NCBI GenBank assembly: GCA_050575255.1
Contig: JBNZDD010013724.1
Location: 7,547,658 to 7,611,657, forward strand
DNA length: 64,000 nucleotides
Direction of reading: 5' to 3'
From: Harriotta raleighana
Taxonomy: Eukaryota
Positions 1-12,840 of the stretch are shown piece after piece; positions within the stretch are counted from its first letter, which is position 1, and each line of letters opens with the position of its first letter. A program made the translations under genes and the position numbers. A model generated the notes under the pieces. The model made no database searches. It saw only the letters and a list, made by a program, of their open reading frames with translations, and was not told the origin of the DNA.

Positions 1-288
1 TATGTTCTCAGTGGCAGTGACTGCTTTTTCCCTCACGAAAAAAAAAGAGAGGAGAAAATTGATATTTCTTTCGAGTTGCAAGCTGCCAGTGAGGCAATGC
101 AACAGTCGCTGTCTAGGAAAAAATAGCTTCCAAAGTGCGTCTGTGTCTCAACTGCTGAGCTGTGTGTTTGCAAAGCAAACTTCCAAGTATTGATGCGATA
201 AAGATTTGTTTCTCTGGTGCTGGTGAAAAAGGTTTTGTTTGAAATTCCTTCCCAAAGCGCGTTTCTTTGAAACATCTGCCTGAAAATA

Positions 289-297
289 ATGGGTCTG
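289..297 (+). CDS. Candidate first coding mini-exon (Met-Gly-Leu) of an unidentified gene
   Basis: ATAATGG Kozak context (A at -3, G at +4), in-frame upstream TGA at 268-270, consensus donor CTG|GTAAGT at 298-303, within repeat-free sequence retaining several CpGs. No downstream exon recognised. Confidence 0.25.
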
Positions 298-584
298 GTA
301 AGTTCTTCATTATGCTTCAATATCATTGCGATTGAATAGCTATAATTCAAAGTCAAGGATTTAAAGGGTTGCCCAAATAATTGGTTGACTGAAACATTAT
401 TATGTCAAGTAGCTCCTCAAAAAAGATGTGGCTGCTTGAGAAGACAATGAATCATGTTATTAGTATTCATGCTGTCTTGCAACTTCATTATTTTAGAAAT
501 CATATTCTGGTGTTATGTGTTACTGTTGGCATTATTAGTGTGTCAGACACTCTGTTCTGATGTCTAAATTGTAGTTCATTGCAT

Positions 585-599
585 GGAAGTTTCACTTCC
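585..599 (-). promoter_or_regulatory. ETS-IRF composite element (GGAAGTGAAACT on minus strand) with a second inverted ETS core
   Basis: AGTTTCACTTCC at 588-599 and GGAAGT at 585-590. Motif match only. Confidence 0.25.
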
Positions 600-1369
600 A
601 CTGCAAGTGCATTTAAATTAAACCTACATGTAGCCTGAAGGAATTAAATAGTCGATGACTACAGATTGTTAATGAGACACAGTTACAGTAAAGTAGATGA
701 GATGCCTGAGTTTCGCCCATATATATATTAATATTAACTTCACAATTAAATGTATATTATTCATTGTCTTATAAAGTAGTGATGCTGCTCAGTGTAGCTT
801 CTTGCAGCACTTAAAAAAGACTTGAAACAAATGGAAAGAAAACTGTTGTCTCTGCAAAATAAACCAATCTGATGTTAGATGTCAAATCCTTATAAAATAT
901 TTGCAATACTGTATTACATCAAATGAAACTCTAATATATTGACGTGTTTAATCTGTGTGATATAACTCATTAGACACCTGCTGTGTGTAACTGATCTAAG
1001 AGATGCTTTCAGTCTCAAATCAGGTAAAGCTTCATCTCTACTGATGTTTTTTTTGGTGTTGGGAGATTGTTTGAATTTCACCTGCACATGTCACCTCACT
1101 TGCTGTTCGGCATTGCTGTGTATTACTGCAAAATTGGAAACCCCTGCTTTTACCTGGTGGTGGCCATGCCATTCAATGTTCATTGGTAACTGAACAGAAT
1201 CGAAACCTGTAGTCGAAATCTCTGTAGCACATTCAGCAGATGCCAAATTCTGGGTTGAAACATTTCATAATCCCGACATAATATTCTGCTAAGCATCATG
1301 TTGTGTTACCAAGAATTCCTCTGAATATGAAATGAGACAATGCTGATAGACTGAAGGACAAACCTGGGG

Positions 1370-1600
1370 TAATCTGCTCCCCACCATTTGGAACTTCATT
1401 CCATAGTCCCTTCACCTGGCTCCCTCCCCCTACCTCCTTCAAGGCACGTCTCAAGACCCTACTCTTTTCTTCCTACCCTCCCTGATACCAACATCATCCC
1501 CTAACCCTCCAGTTTGGGTCCAAATCCCTGACTATCTAGCGCCTTGGACTGTCCTTCCAAAGTGAAACACTTTGTTTACAAATATAAGTTTGCATTGTAT
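1370..1600 (+). mobile_element. Degraded L2 LINE 3' fragment
   Basis: TGGAAC..CCTCCTTCAAG..CTCAAGACC..GCGCCTTGGA..GTGAAA tail matches other L2 ends in the window. Confidence 0.7.
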
Positions 1601-3169
1601 TTCACCCATTCAATTCCAAACTATGTGACAAACCACTAAATTTAACAAGAAAAAATTGAATGTTGACAGATGCTGAAGTTACCCCTTCTGATCATACCCT
1701 ACAGCTTCAGAAGTATGAGATCCTAAATCTTTAATACAGAGCTCAGAAGCACTTACTTAAAAAGTAACACTATTTGATTTCCATTTCTAAGGAATGTTGG
1801 TATGTTTCCCATGTAATTCTGCCATTGGTTTGTTGCTCCAGACAGCTGTGTGGCTATAGATCACAATCTAAATTCTATCAGTAAATCTTTCCAGAGACAA
1901 AATATTTCCATGATCATATTAATGCGGTTTTAAGATCCATCAATTTTACTTTGCCCGGTATCATCTGATGCCCTTCTTTTTCTGCCATTATAAAGTAATT
2001 GCAAACTTACAAGGGAGAAATATTTTACTGTGCAGTATAGTCCCACTCACTTTGATTTGTTTTAAATGTTTTGTGCTACTCAGCAGGACACTGAATCAAT
2101 TATAATCTTTTCTTCACATGTCTATAATACAGGCTGACCCTAACTCTAACTCAAAAAGTTGTGATACCATTACAATGTCTAATAAGTCTTAAAGAAATTA
2201 TGATACTTTTGTTTGTTTTTAGATAATAGGGTAGAATCACAACTTTTTGGTCATCCTGTATTTGTGGGCCAAGGTAAATGTAATAATCATACAGCATACA
2301 CCTTGCAGCATCTATTTGCAGGGAAATATGTCAATGTAAGTTTGCAGAGAATTAGTTTCAATGAATAACATTAGCACCTTTTAATAATGAATGCAACTGG
2401 CAGCTTGGGGGTAAAAAAAATCTACTTCCCCGTTCTTGTACTTCTCATTAATATTAATCTCTTATTGAATGTCTCTGTTTTTAAAAAGAAAATCATTTTT
2501 AAATGAAACTGGGCGGCCATTCATTATTGCAGTCATCTCATGAAAGGTGAAAAATGTTAATCGTGTTTAGGAATAGAATAGAGTCATGAAGCTGGATCAC
2601 ATATCATCATTCAACCTCAGACACAGGACAGATGTAACAAGCCCACATTTTATGTAAATCATTAACTTGTTCGGTATTAATGAAATTTACCTTTATCTTA
2701 AAAGGGGTTTCTTTTCATCAAAGGTGTTTGACAATTTATTTAATTTACTTATAAACGCGCAAATCAATAAAATGTGTAGTATTGAAGCAACTCATTGTGT
2801 TATTGCACATTATGAACAATTGCACCCAGTTGCTAAATAGAAAACATGAGACTCACAACTTTACCTTTAAGAGGATTTAAATTAGAAGTTTAAGAAAATA
2901 TAGAAACAATTCAGTCTTTTATAAAAGCCAGTTTTCCACAGCTCTTAAAAAGACCATTGAAGACTGAATTTAAGAATATCCGAGAATTCTGCACTAACGT
3001 TAATTTCAAGAAAAAATCACCTCACAAGCTGGAAATTAAGCCCAAAGCTTTGTCAAACCCACTGTTCTCTCTAAATACACCACTCCTTTATTTACAGATA
3101 CAACAGTCACTTCCTATTTCATGACAGAACGCATAGTCTGTTTGGGAGTAAAATATTTCTCACTTTCCA

Positions 3170-3355
3170 ATCATGTTCAAAATTCCGTACCCTTAGTCAC
3201 CAGTCCTTGCCAGGCTCCACTGGTTCTCGATTACCGAACGGATCGATATCAAGATTCTCTCACTTGTTTTCAAATCCCTTCAACCAATCTGAATACCCAC
3301 CACTCCATCACCTGCTGCCTTTGCTCGGCTGCTATATAAATGTAAATTGTTGTTC
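3170..3355 (+). mobile_element. Degraded L2 C-terminal/3' fragment
   Basis: LHW...RIDIKILSLVFKSL-like relic followed by TATATAAATGTAAATTGTTGTT tail. Confidence 0.6.
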
Positions 3356-3394
3356 TGTGCCATACAATTCTATGGTAGGTGCTACTAAAATATT

Positions 3395-3852
3395 AACAAC
3401 AACAGAATTGTACTTGTATAGCACCTTTCATGTTGGGAGGATGTCCCAAAGCACTGGACAGTCAATGTTTAAGACCAGAGCTGGAATCGGGATCGGAGAG
3501 GATGGAGGGAAAGGAGGGGATTTGGAGTGACCGATGGAACTGCTGAAGAGGAGGACTTGAGGCGAGACGTCAAGATGGCTGGGGAGGGGGTGAGGCGGAG
3601 GGACTGCAAGATGGAATTCCAGAGATTAGAGTAGCTGAAGGCTCGCCCGCCAACAGTGGGGCGGGTGGGTCGGGGGACATGGAGCGGGCCAGAGCCCTCT
3701 GAGCGGAGAGAGCGGGCAGGTTGGTAGGGGGATAGGAGATCGCAACAGTAGGGTGGGTCGAGGTCAAGGAGGGCTTTGAAGGTGAGGACCAGGATTTTGA
3801 ATTGAATCCTCTGGGTGATGAGGAGCCAATGGGGTCGGGCGAGAATGGTTGT
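3395..3852 (-). mobile_element. L2 LINE 3' fragment
   Basis: (CAA)n tail, terminal hairpin, purine-rich body encoding LARPHWLL..RIQFKIL on minus strand. Confidence 0.85.
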
Positions 3853-3984
3853 GTTATTTTTTGTTGTTATTAATTATTATCATTACAGTATTTTTCAAAC
3901 TGCTGGGCTGCAATTCCAAGACTGCTGGAAGTTCCTTAAATAACTTTTCTAAGTGGCTGTTATTCAGGTCTGAACCTTGAAAGT

Positions 3985-4200
3985 AAGCATTGCCAAGCTA
4001 TTAGCAATAGAAGAAAGGATCATAGCCAAGCTCAATGCTGTCCTCACCTACTGTTCACACACACTTTTCAGCAGGGGTTCCTGTATAGTAATCAAGAGTG
4101 AGCATTCTTGACTATGTTTCTCCTCCCTAACCAAATGGAACATAGTTCATTGGAAGCAGCTCTATCCCAGTCAGAATAACATAGCACAATATGTCTGTGT
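3985..4200 (-). mobile_element. Ancient SINE-like repeat (same family as 15200-15525)
   Basis: Reverse complement GTGTGTGAACAGTAGGTGAGGACAGCATTGAGCTTGG resembles the copy near 15430. Confidence 0.5.
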
Positions 4201-4658
4201 TTGGATGGTTAAAGATTTAATCCATTTACTGCCCAGTTTTCAATATTGTTTTATGTGTTGAGAGTGTATAGAGTATTGCTGATAACTGTCACAAGGAGAG
4301 GAGGAAATGCTGTCAATTTTTCTGTCCCATTTAGGATCCTAAAAATCTTTAATGCCACTACAGAGAACACAAAACTCATGCTTCTTTGCCTGATAGTGGT
4401 CCAACAAAATATTCTAAAGTAAAAATTCAGTTCTAAATAATTAATTTACAACAAAAAATCAAAGCTTGTGGTAAATGTGCAGCCTGGAAGGAGAAAATCT
4501 TCTTCAAATGTTAGGGGTGTTTATTCCCAAACCTGTCAATGAGGAAGGACATAAAATATTGGTATTGCTGACTCAATAACAAAAATAATTCTTTTATTTG
4601 ATATAGTGCCTGTAACATCAAAATTTGTCTACGTGTTTCTCAGCATGTTTTTGCCTCA

Positions 4659-4895
4659 GCAGGGCAAAACCTTGAACAATTTGCTGTACTCACATGTCTA
4701 ATAATAATCCCTCAAAAAAAAGTTGGTCATTTCAATCCACGACTGTTTGTGGTACACTGCTGTGCACAATTGGTTGCCGCATTTCACCCACATATACATA
4801 GTCAATTCACACTACAGTATAATCTGTGATGCACTTTGAGATGTCTAGAAGATGTGAAAAGCATTAAATCAAATACAAGGATCATTATTATTACT
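4659..4895 (+). mobile_element. Young tRNA/Deu-type SINE, 5'-truncated
   Basis: TAATAATAATCCC, GACTGTTTGTGG..CACTGCTGTGCACAATTGG core and GGATCATTATTATT tail. Confidence 0.9.
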
Positions 4896-5983
4896 CTTAT
4901 GATAATTGTGGTAAAATACCGTGGCTGTGTAGTTGTAGGTAGACAAGACAGCAATTTGTACACAGTAGTGTCCCCTAAAACAGCCACGAGCAAGTAATCT
5001 GGAGTATTGTTGGTTATTGATGATCACTATTTGAAATTTCCCTCCCGAACCAACAAATCTTCAGATAAAACAGGTTGTTCACATAGTTGTTGTGCACATA
5101 TTGGCTGCCAATTTGCCTACAAAATACATAGTCACTACATTTATCAATAATTCCTGTTAAGTGCTTTGAGGTGTCTCAACAATGTGATAAGGATTAAATA
5201 CTCTAGTAGGTTTCTTATTAAATAGCGCCATGAGATCTTTAACAAGCACTTCAACAAAAAGGCAGAATCTTAGTTTATCATCTCATCTGAAATAAGACAT
5301 ATTTGGCAATGCTGCACTCCCCCAGCCCTGCCCTAGAGTTTCAACATTGCCTAACTTCAACGCCAAACATTCACAATATAAGATGCATTTTACCTCTATG
5401 TTATTCTAGAATCCCTGTAGATCTAGATTGATTTTCGTAGTGATGTTACTTTTTGAAATAAAAATCTTGATATACTATATTTCAGCTATATGGTTTGATA
5501 GACTGTGTCAGCAATATATTGAAANAGATCTAGATTGATTTTCGTAGTGATGTTACTTTTTGAAATAAAAATCTTGATATCCTATATTTCAGCTATATGG
5601 TTTGATAGACTGTGTCAGCAATATATTGAAACTAAAATGCTCTGACTTCTCATTCTCAGTTCAAGGAAAAAGTAAGGCAAAATTCACAATGACTCTCTAT
5701 AACTTTGTTAATTTGACTTTCCATGCTATACTTCACCTGATAAGACAATGCAAAAACATTGCCCTTCAGTTCTGCTTAGTGTGAAACAGATTTAAATTGG
5801 TTTAGGTCTTACCATGAAGGTTGAACTTTGATGTGGAAGTAAGGAATTCACAGATAAGCTCTTAATAATCACTCATTGTTTCCTTTTGGATTTCAGAAGC
5901 CTTTAGCAGTCCAGTGACAAAAAACATAGTAAAATGTCTATAAATGGGAATTTTCATTCACCTATCTTTTTAATACTGCATAA

Positions 5984-5999
5984 AGGTCAAAACTGACCT
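5984..5999. promoter_or_regulatory. Perfect nuclear-receptor inverted repeat AGGTCA-N4-TGACCT (IR4)
   Basis: Exact half-sites in unique sequence; TGACGTGG at 6039-6046 nearby. Motif only. Confidence 0.2.
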
Positions 6000-6193
6000 C
6001 CACTTATTACGATAAATGGCTTAATGAAATGAATTTGATGACGTGGTGATGCGGCAAATACACAGCAGGCGAGCCAGACATTTCCTCAGTTGAAATTCTT
6101 TCTTATTCTTTAAAATCTTTCAAAATACTTTCAAAATATTGTTTGAATGTGAAGTAAAAAGTTTTCCAAATAACTGCATACACATTGGATAAA

Positions 6194-6497
6194 TGTGGTG
6201 TCCTGTAGCCCAGTGGTTAAAGCACTCACCTTGCAAGCAAGATACCTGGGTTCAATTCCAAGCAGGATGAAACCTTGGGAAAGTTTTCTTACTCCATATG
6301 CCTAATCATAATCCTTCAAAAAAACAATAATAATTGGTCATTTAAATCCATGATTGTTTGTGGGACACTGCTGTGCACAATTGGCTGCTGTGTTTCACCT
6401 ACAAATATACAGTCAATTCAATTTACAGTGTATACTGTGGTACTTTGAGATGTCTAGAAGATGTTAAATGCACTATATCAAATGCAAGGATTATTAA
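6194..6497 (+). mobile_element. Full-length young SINE
   Basis: A box TAGCCCAGTGG, B box GTTCAATTCC, Deu-like core, GCAAGGATTATT tail. Confidence 0.9.
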
Positions 6498-6804
6498 TAT
6501 AAAATATGTTATTTGTGTGGAATTTGGATTCCAGTTGAATCTGGGTTCATTGCCTTCTCCTCACAAGGCTAGGTCCTTCACTAAAAACCTTAGGAAATTG
6601 CGTCTATTCCCATTCCCTCGCAGGGAAAACATGAAGCAAATAAAATGCCTTCCTGATTCCAGTTTCTCTTTTGAGGCCTATCAAACACCACAAATGTGAA
6701 GCCTTAATGTGACTTACCGAATTATACAGTATTACACACTGATACAATGAATCAAAAAATGACAGATTATCCTTCTCTATAAATATATCACTATCAGCAA
6801 AAAT

Positions 6805-7820
6805 AAAAGAATAGATTATTTTCTAGAGGGGGAAAGGTTAGACAGTGTTAGTATTCAAAGGGATTTGGGTGTCCTTGTACACCAGTCCCAAAAAATTAGT
6901 TTGCAGGTGCAGCAAGCAACTAAGAAGGCGAATGGCATGCTAGTGTTCATTTCAAAAGGTTGAGAGTACAAGAATAGAGAAGTCTTGCTGCAACTGTATA
7001 GGGCTTTGGTGAGACCGCATCTAGATGTGCTATCTATGTGCAGTTTTGGTCTCCTAAAAGGACATACTAGAGAGGACGCAGCATAGATTCACCAGGTTCG
7101 TTCCTGGGATGAGGGAACTGACCTATGAGGATAGGTTGAATAAACTAGGGCTGTATTCTCTAGAGTACAGAANTGCTATCTATGTGCAGTTTTGGTCTCC
7201 TAAAAGGACATACTTGCCTTAGAGAGGACGCAGCATAGATTCACCAGGTTCGTTCCTGGGATGAGGGAACTGACCTATGAGGATAGGTTGAATAAACTAG
7301 GGCTATATTCTCTAGAGTACAGAAGAATTAGGGGGGATCTTATTGAAACATATAAGATTCTTAAAGGGCTGGATAAAGTAGACACTGAGGGACTGTTTCC
7401 CCTGGTAAAATAATCTATAACCATGGGTCACAGTCTTAAAATTAGGGGTCAGCCTTTTGGAACAGAGTTGAGGAAACATTTCTTCACTCAGAGGGNATCC
7501 CTGGTAGGAGAATCTATAACCAGGGGTCACAGTCTTAAAATTAGGGGTCAGCCTTTTAGAACAGAGTTGAGGAAACATTTCTTCACTCAGAGGGTAGTGA
7601 ATTTATGGAATTCACGACCCCAGAAGGCTGTAGATGCTCAGTCTTTGAACATTTTCAAGGCTGAGATTGATAGATTTTTTTTTTAAATAGAGGGATTAGG
7701 GGATATGGGGATAGGGCAGGTAATTAGAGTTAGGTCAGAAGATCAGCCATGATCTTATTGAATGGCGGGGCAGGCCCGAGGGGGCGAATGGCCTACTCCT
7801 GCTCCTAATTCTTATGTTCT
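6805..7820 (+). mobile_element. CR1 LINE 3' part (young family; internally duplicated at N joins)
   Basis: [47 protein letters not shown] motifs; CR1 3' UTR ending in TTCTTATG repeat. Confidence 0.95.
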
Positions 7821-8889
7821 CCTTAAAGTGACAGACAGTTTAGGCTTGACAAGTCAAAGTGACCAAAATTCAGATCTTTACCACAAGAGACCAATTGTAT
7901 TCATTTGNCCGAGGGGGCGAATAGCCTACTCCTGCTCCTAATTCTTATGTTCTTATGTTCTCCTTAAAGTGACAGACAGTTTAGGCTTGACAAGTCAAAG
8001 TGACCAAAATTCAGATCTTTACCACAAGAGACCAATTGTATTCATTTGGATAGCCTTGGTTTCTCATTTAGGATTTGATTCTGGGGCAGAAGAGAAAATT
8101 TCTATGCACAGTACATTCATTACAATGACTGTCAGTGGTCGTAATCCCTGATAATGTGAGTATCTCACAAGTCCTTTTAAAGAGGATCTAACTGAAACAA
8201 AAGTATTCGCTGTGCTATTTCTTTGAAAATGAAATGAATAAAATTTACATAGTTCATTCAAAATAAGATGTGCATATCAAACACTCTAAACCCAACTCAT
8301 TTATTGTTAGATATGTTTATCTAGTGCAGTATTATTTAGTTTTATAGGTATTTTGCTAGTATTTATTTTTCTTAACCTATGATGCTCATTAATAACATTA
8401 CTTTCTCTCCAGCATTAACTGGATGCACACTGTCTATGATTATCTGCCTACAAAATATAAGGTCAATATACTTTATTATATATTCTGTGAAATGTTGTGG
8501 GACCTGCAAGGCGATATATCAAATGCAAGGATTAATACTGTAGTCCCTTGAGTTCTTGGTGCCCAACCCATCATATATCATCCCAACCCAACATTATGGC
8601 ACTCACCAGCAATCAAAACCTGCAAATCATACTTAAGGAGATTGCTAACTTTCTTAAAATTTTGACTGAATCTCACTCTTAAATTCACATTTGACAAACA
8701 AACAACCCAACAACACAATATACATTAACATTTATATAGCGTCTTTCCTGTCAGGAGGAGGATGTCCCAAGAGGACATAAACTGCCCTGAGCCAAATATG
8801 GGGCAAATAACATAAATACTATCTATGATATTCATGTTTATGTTTTTTGAGGAACTTAGAAAGCTACAGAATAGCTACTGACCAACAGA

Positions 8890-10150
8890 GCATTGAATGC
8901 CCTCCACTTCTCATCTGATGTTATGATCGTCCAATCCTCAGTTCATGCATTGCAGCACCCCGGCATCTTATTTAAGCACATTCTTTGGATACACACTGCA
9001 TTTGTATTGTCTTTTATGCAGAGTGCTCTGTAGATCATAAAATTCATGGAAGCACTGGTTATGTAAAACTACATAACTTTCCAAAATAAAGTGCGGGTGT
9101 TCGTAGATCCATTTCTTGATGCCCGAAAAGTGGTCTCCTCATTATTTATTTTATTTATTTCTATTTCTATTTCATTAGAACTTCCACTAGAATTCATCAT
9201 GTATCCCTGTGTTTATACATTACAAGATATATTGCTTCCTTCTTAAGTGTCATATAGCATACTAATGGTTTCATTGCACTGTTCACTTGTACTCATGTAT
9301 CCTTCTTCTTTGTTGTGTCTCTGTATTCCATTCATTTTATACTGTATCCCCACCATTTACATCCATTTCCCAGACTCATAAATTTGCGTTGATCCATATA
9401 TAATAACACAGGATATTTGTCAGCCTTGTTCACTTGTTTCCTTACATCCTCTTTTATTATTAGCTCAGCAATCAATCATTATATCGGTCTCTACATCCAA
9501 ATCATGACATCCAAATCTACATCCAAATCAATAGGGGCAACCCACGAGTCACTTTATTCAATGCTGATGCAGCTATGTGTAAAACTGCAATTTGCTTCCC
9601 CTAAATTTTACTAGTTTCCGATTTGTGTAAAAGCTCTGTTAAAAGCTCTTATGGACTGATCTCCTTTGTGGCACCATGTCAAGAGTTGTGCTGAAATCAA
9701 AATACATTATTTCTCCTAATTTCCACTTGGTCACAAGGTTAATTGTTTCTTTGGGGAATTCCAATAGTAATAATGTCCCTTCCATAAATCTGCACTGACT
9801 CTTTTTTACTATCTCATGTTTTTCTCGGTACAGTACTTCTTTTTCACCCTTTCAGAATGCCCTTGACTCTAGTACTTAATACAAACATGCAGGCTCACCA
9901 GTTTATAGTTTTCAGGATTAGTTTTATGCTTCTTTTTATAAGGTGACATTAACTATAGATTTGTTCTTCGATATTACTTGGATCCCACTCCTGTTTCCAA
10001 TTATTCTCAAAAATACTGAGCAGATTTCAACTGGTTTCATTGACCACTTCCTTAAGCTCTCAAATATGTGGTTTATCTGGGTTGGGAGATGTATTGTATC
10101 CCTTAAGTCATCTGCCACTTTTTATTTGCAATTTCTATAATACTTAGTAT
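8890..10150 (-). mobile_element. Highly degraded CR1 RT region
   Basis: AGGCTCACCAGTTTATAGTT (NYKLVSL, the NYRPVSL equivalent), GGGGCAACCCAC (GVPQG equivalent) and CTGAAATCAAAATACA relics on minus strand. Confidence 0.65.
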
Positions 10151-11114
10151 TTTCTCAACCAAGCCTAGAAATTCTGTTGGTTTCCAACAATCTCTTTAAT
10201 CACAATAAGTAGATTTATTTTCTTCTAATATTTTTGCTCAGAGGTGAATGGTTATTTGCTTGATTCATGCTTGGTTCTAGAATTGAGCCCAAAGTGTAAG
10301 AGAGTTGTATTGCATGGCTATAAGGAATAGAAAGTACAGATAGTTGTAAAATGTTAGTATTTGTAGCATGCATAGTCCCAGTGGTGCATGATCCTGACAT
10401 TCAGGGCACTACATCTTCAGTATCATCATAGACTTGTATCTGTATCTTGTTATTGTTGGGTGACAAGCCTACTGACACCATTGCAGGATTATTGAACATA
10501 AAATAAGTACCAATGTCTTTGGACTTTGATATTAATGTGTTTCATCTGTTTGAATTACTTGCACTTCTAGTATACTATGTTGCTAATATCAGAGAATGAG
10601 GGAGCAGGCCATNGTTTTAAACTATGTTGCTAATATCAGAGAATGAGGGAGCAGGCCATTAGTTTGAACAATTTCTTGTATAAAACTTGTGTGTCGGTAA
10701 ATTCATTATCCATTGCCTAACACTTCATATGAAGTATCTGTTGTAAAAAAAACGCATAGTACAGTACTAACTTAAAGAAAATTACAATAAAATGGCTATA
10801 AATAATTAAAACAATTATTACGACCTAGACGAGTTCTCAATCAGCTTGGTTTTGGTACTGTATGTATGTTAAAGTAATGTCTTAATAAGAACTCTAATAG
10901 AATCACCATTAATAATTAACAGGTTGAATAGGATCGCATTTATACATACATCTCAGCAAGCTTCGCAGAGCTAAATCTTTAATGAACATGGGGCCTTCCA
11001 GCCTGTCCAGCATATTCTGCTATTTGGTCAGATTATAGCCATTTGTTTAGTCCCATTTCACCTTCTTTTCTCCATAAAATGCAGTATTGGTACAGTTATG
11101 TTACTCCACAACAT

Positions 11115-11830
11115 GCAGGTCAGTGGAGCCGAGCGAGGGTTGGGTGATGGGGTGACAAATCTTTTGCAGGAGAGGACATGAGCTGCAGAGTTGTGGATGA
11201 TCTACAGCTTGTAGAGGGAAAACTTGGGGAGGCCAACAAACAGGAATTGGCATAATCAAGCCTAGATTTAATGAATGCATGTATTATGGTTTTGGCGACC
11301 TGAGGGGTGAAGCAGGGACAGAACCAGGCAATGTTGCGGAGGTGGGGAAAGGCAGAGTGGGCAATGGCACGAATATGGAGTAGAAAGCATAGTTCAGAAT
11401 CGTGCAAGTTCAGTGGTTCAGTGTCGTAGAGTGTGCATCTGTGGATGGTGATGCTGTCAGTGCCTGAAGTGTGGAAGTGCTGATGGGAGACAATCAGGAG
11501 GGCCTCGGTCTTGTTGACGTTCAACTATAGAAAGGTAACTCTCATCCAGGCATTGATGTCTGACAGATAGGACAGCAATGGTCCTGGAGATGATGGTGGG
11601 GGCAGAGAGATAGAGTTCGGTGTCATCCGCATACATGTGGAAGTTGATCCAATATCTGCAGATGATGTCACCAAAAGGAAGCATATGGATATGGATGGTA
11701 GAAGAGAATGGCGTGATCAACTGTCAAATGCAACAGAGAAGTCCAAGAGAATGAGCTTTGATGAGCGCTGTTTCTGTGGTGTAAGTAGGGCAATAACCGT
11801 CCTGCAGGGTTTGAGAAGGGAGTGGAGTGA
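11115..11830 (-). mobile_element. L2 LINE RT fragment
   Basis: HMYADDTELYLS, NVNKTEALLI, IHAFIKSRLDYANS in ORF track. Confidence 0.95.
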
Positions 11831-12429
11831 TAGGTATGATTTGCAACCATATGTAGCATGAATTATTAATATCTAATGAATATTTATACTGAATGATATG
11901 TTATTGCTATCACATTTAATTGTGCTATCTGCGAGTGATTGTTCCACCTTACACCATGTGTAGTCATTGTGGTCTTTACCCTGAAGAAATCCTAAACCAG
12001 CTAGTGAGTAAACACATGTTTAGATTAAGGGTGAATTACCAACAGATTGAAAAGCTGCTCCACTGTAACACATTAATTTTGCAATCTGCCAACAGTTATA
12101 TCTCAACTAATTATATCACAAATCGAGGTCTCTGGATGCACTCCGAAGACTTAGCTCTCAGTTTGTATCCATGCGACCCAGACTTGTGGAACAATAACTG
12201 CTGATAGAGCTTGTAATTAAAAGTATCTAGTTCTCTGCGGTAAAGACAAATTTGCAGAGATCACCGTTTGATTTAATATTACGTTTTTTTTAATATAACA
12301 ATAGAATTACCAAAGGTGGTACATGAGGAAATATATAATATATATACCAAAATAGATGCACCTTCGATCACAAGAACTTATGCAGCACTTTGTGGATTGC
12401 TCATTACCTCTAATACCTGGTCACTCATT

Positions 12430-12840
12430 CAAATCCTTATTTGGATTAATCCAAGAGCTCACCATCACACTTGACATTACGAACACCGTGCTTCTCCGAA
12501 TCTCCACAACCCATATTCTCTCTCATCTTCAAGAGTTTATCTTCCTTACCTAGTTTCCCAGGCATCCTATCCCTCAGCAGATCAATTTACCATTGAATGC
12601 CCCCATAGCCTTGCTCCATCTTACATCATTGAACTCTGGAAACCTTACTTCTGAATGCATTGATTTCCCCCCACTAACTCTGACTTGCTTCATGCCTCTT
12701 GGGCACTCCACCCAGAATAGATGGGTGAGATTTTACCACTTTGCCCCTCTCTTTTCCAAATTCCTCCTTTTGTCTCATCTGCTCTGCTTTCAAAACCCAC
12801 TTTAAAACCTTCCATCTCAAGCTCCTGCTCAGTCTTTGTA
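12430..12840 (+). mobile_element. Degraded L2 fragment
   Basis: Pyrimidine-rich, TTCAAAACCCACTTTAAAACC (FKTHFKT) C-terminal motif. Confidence 0.55.
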
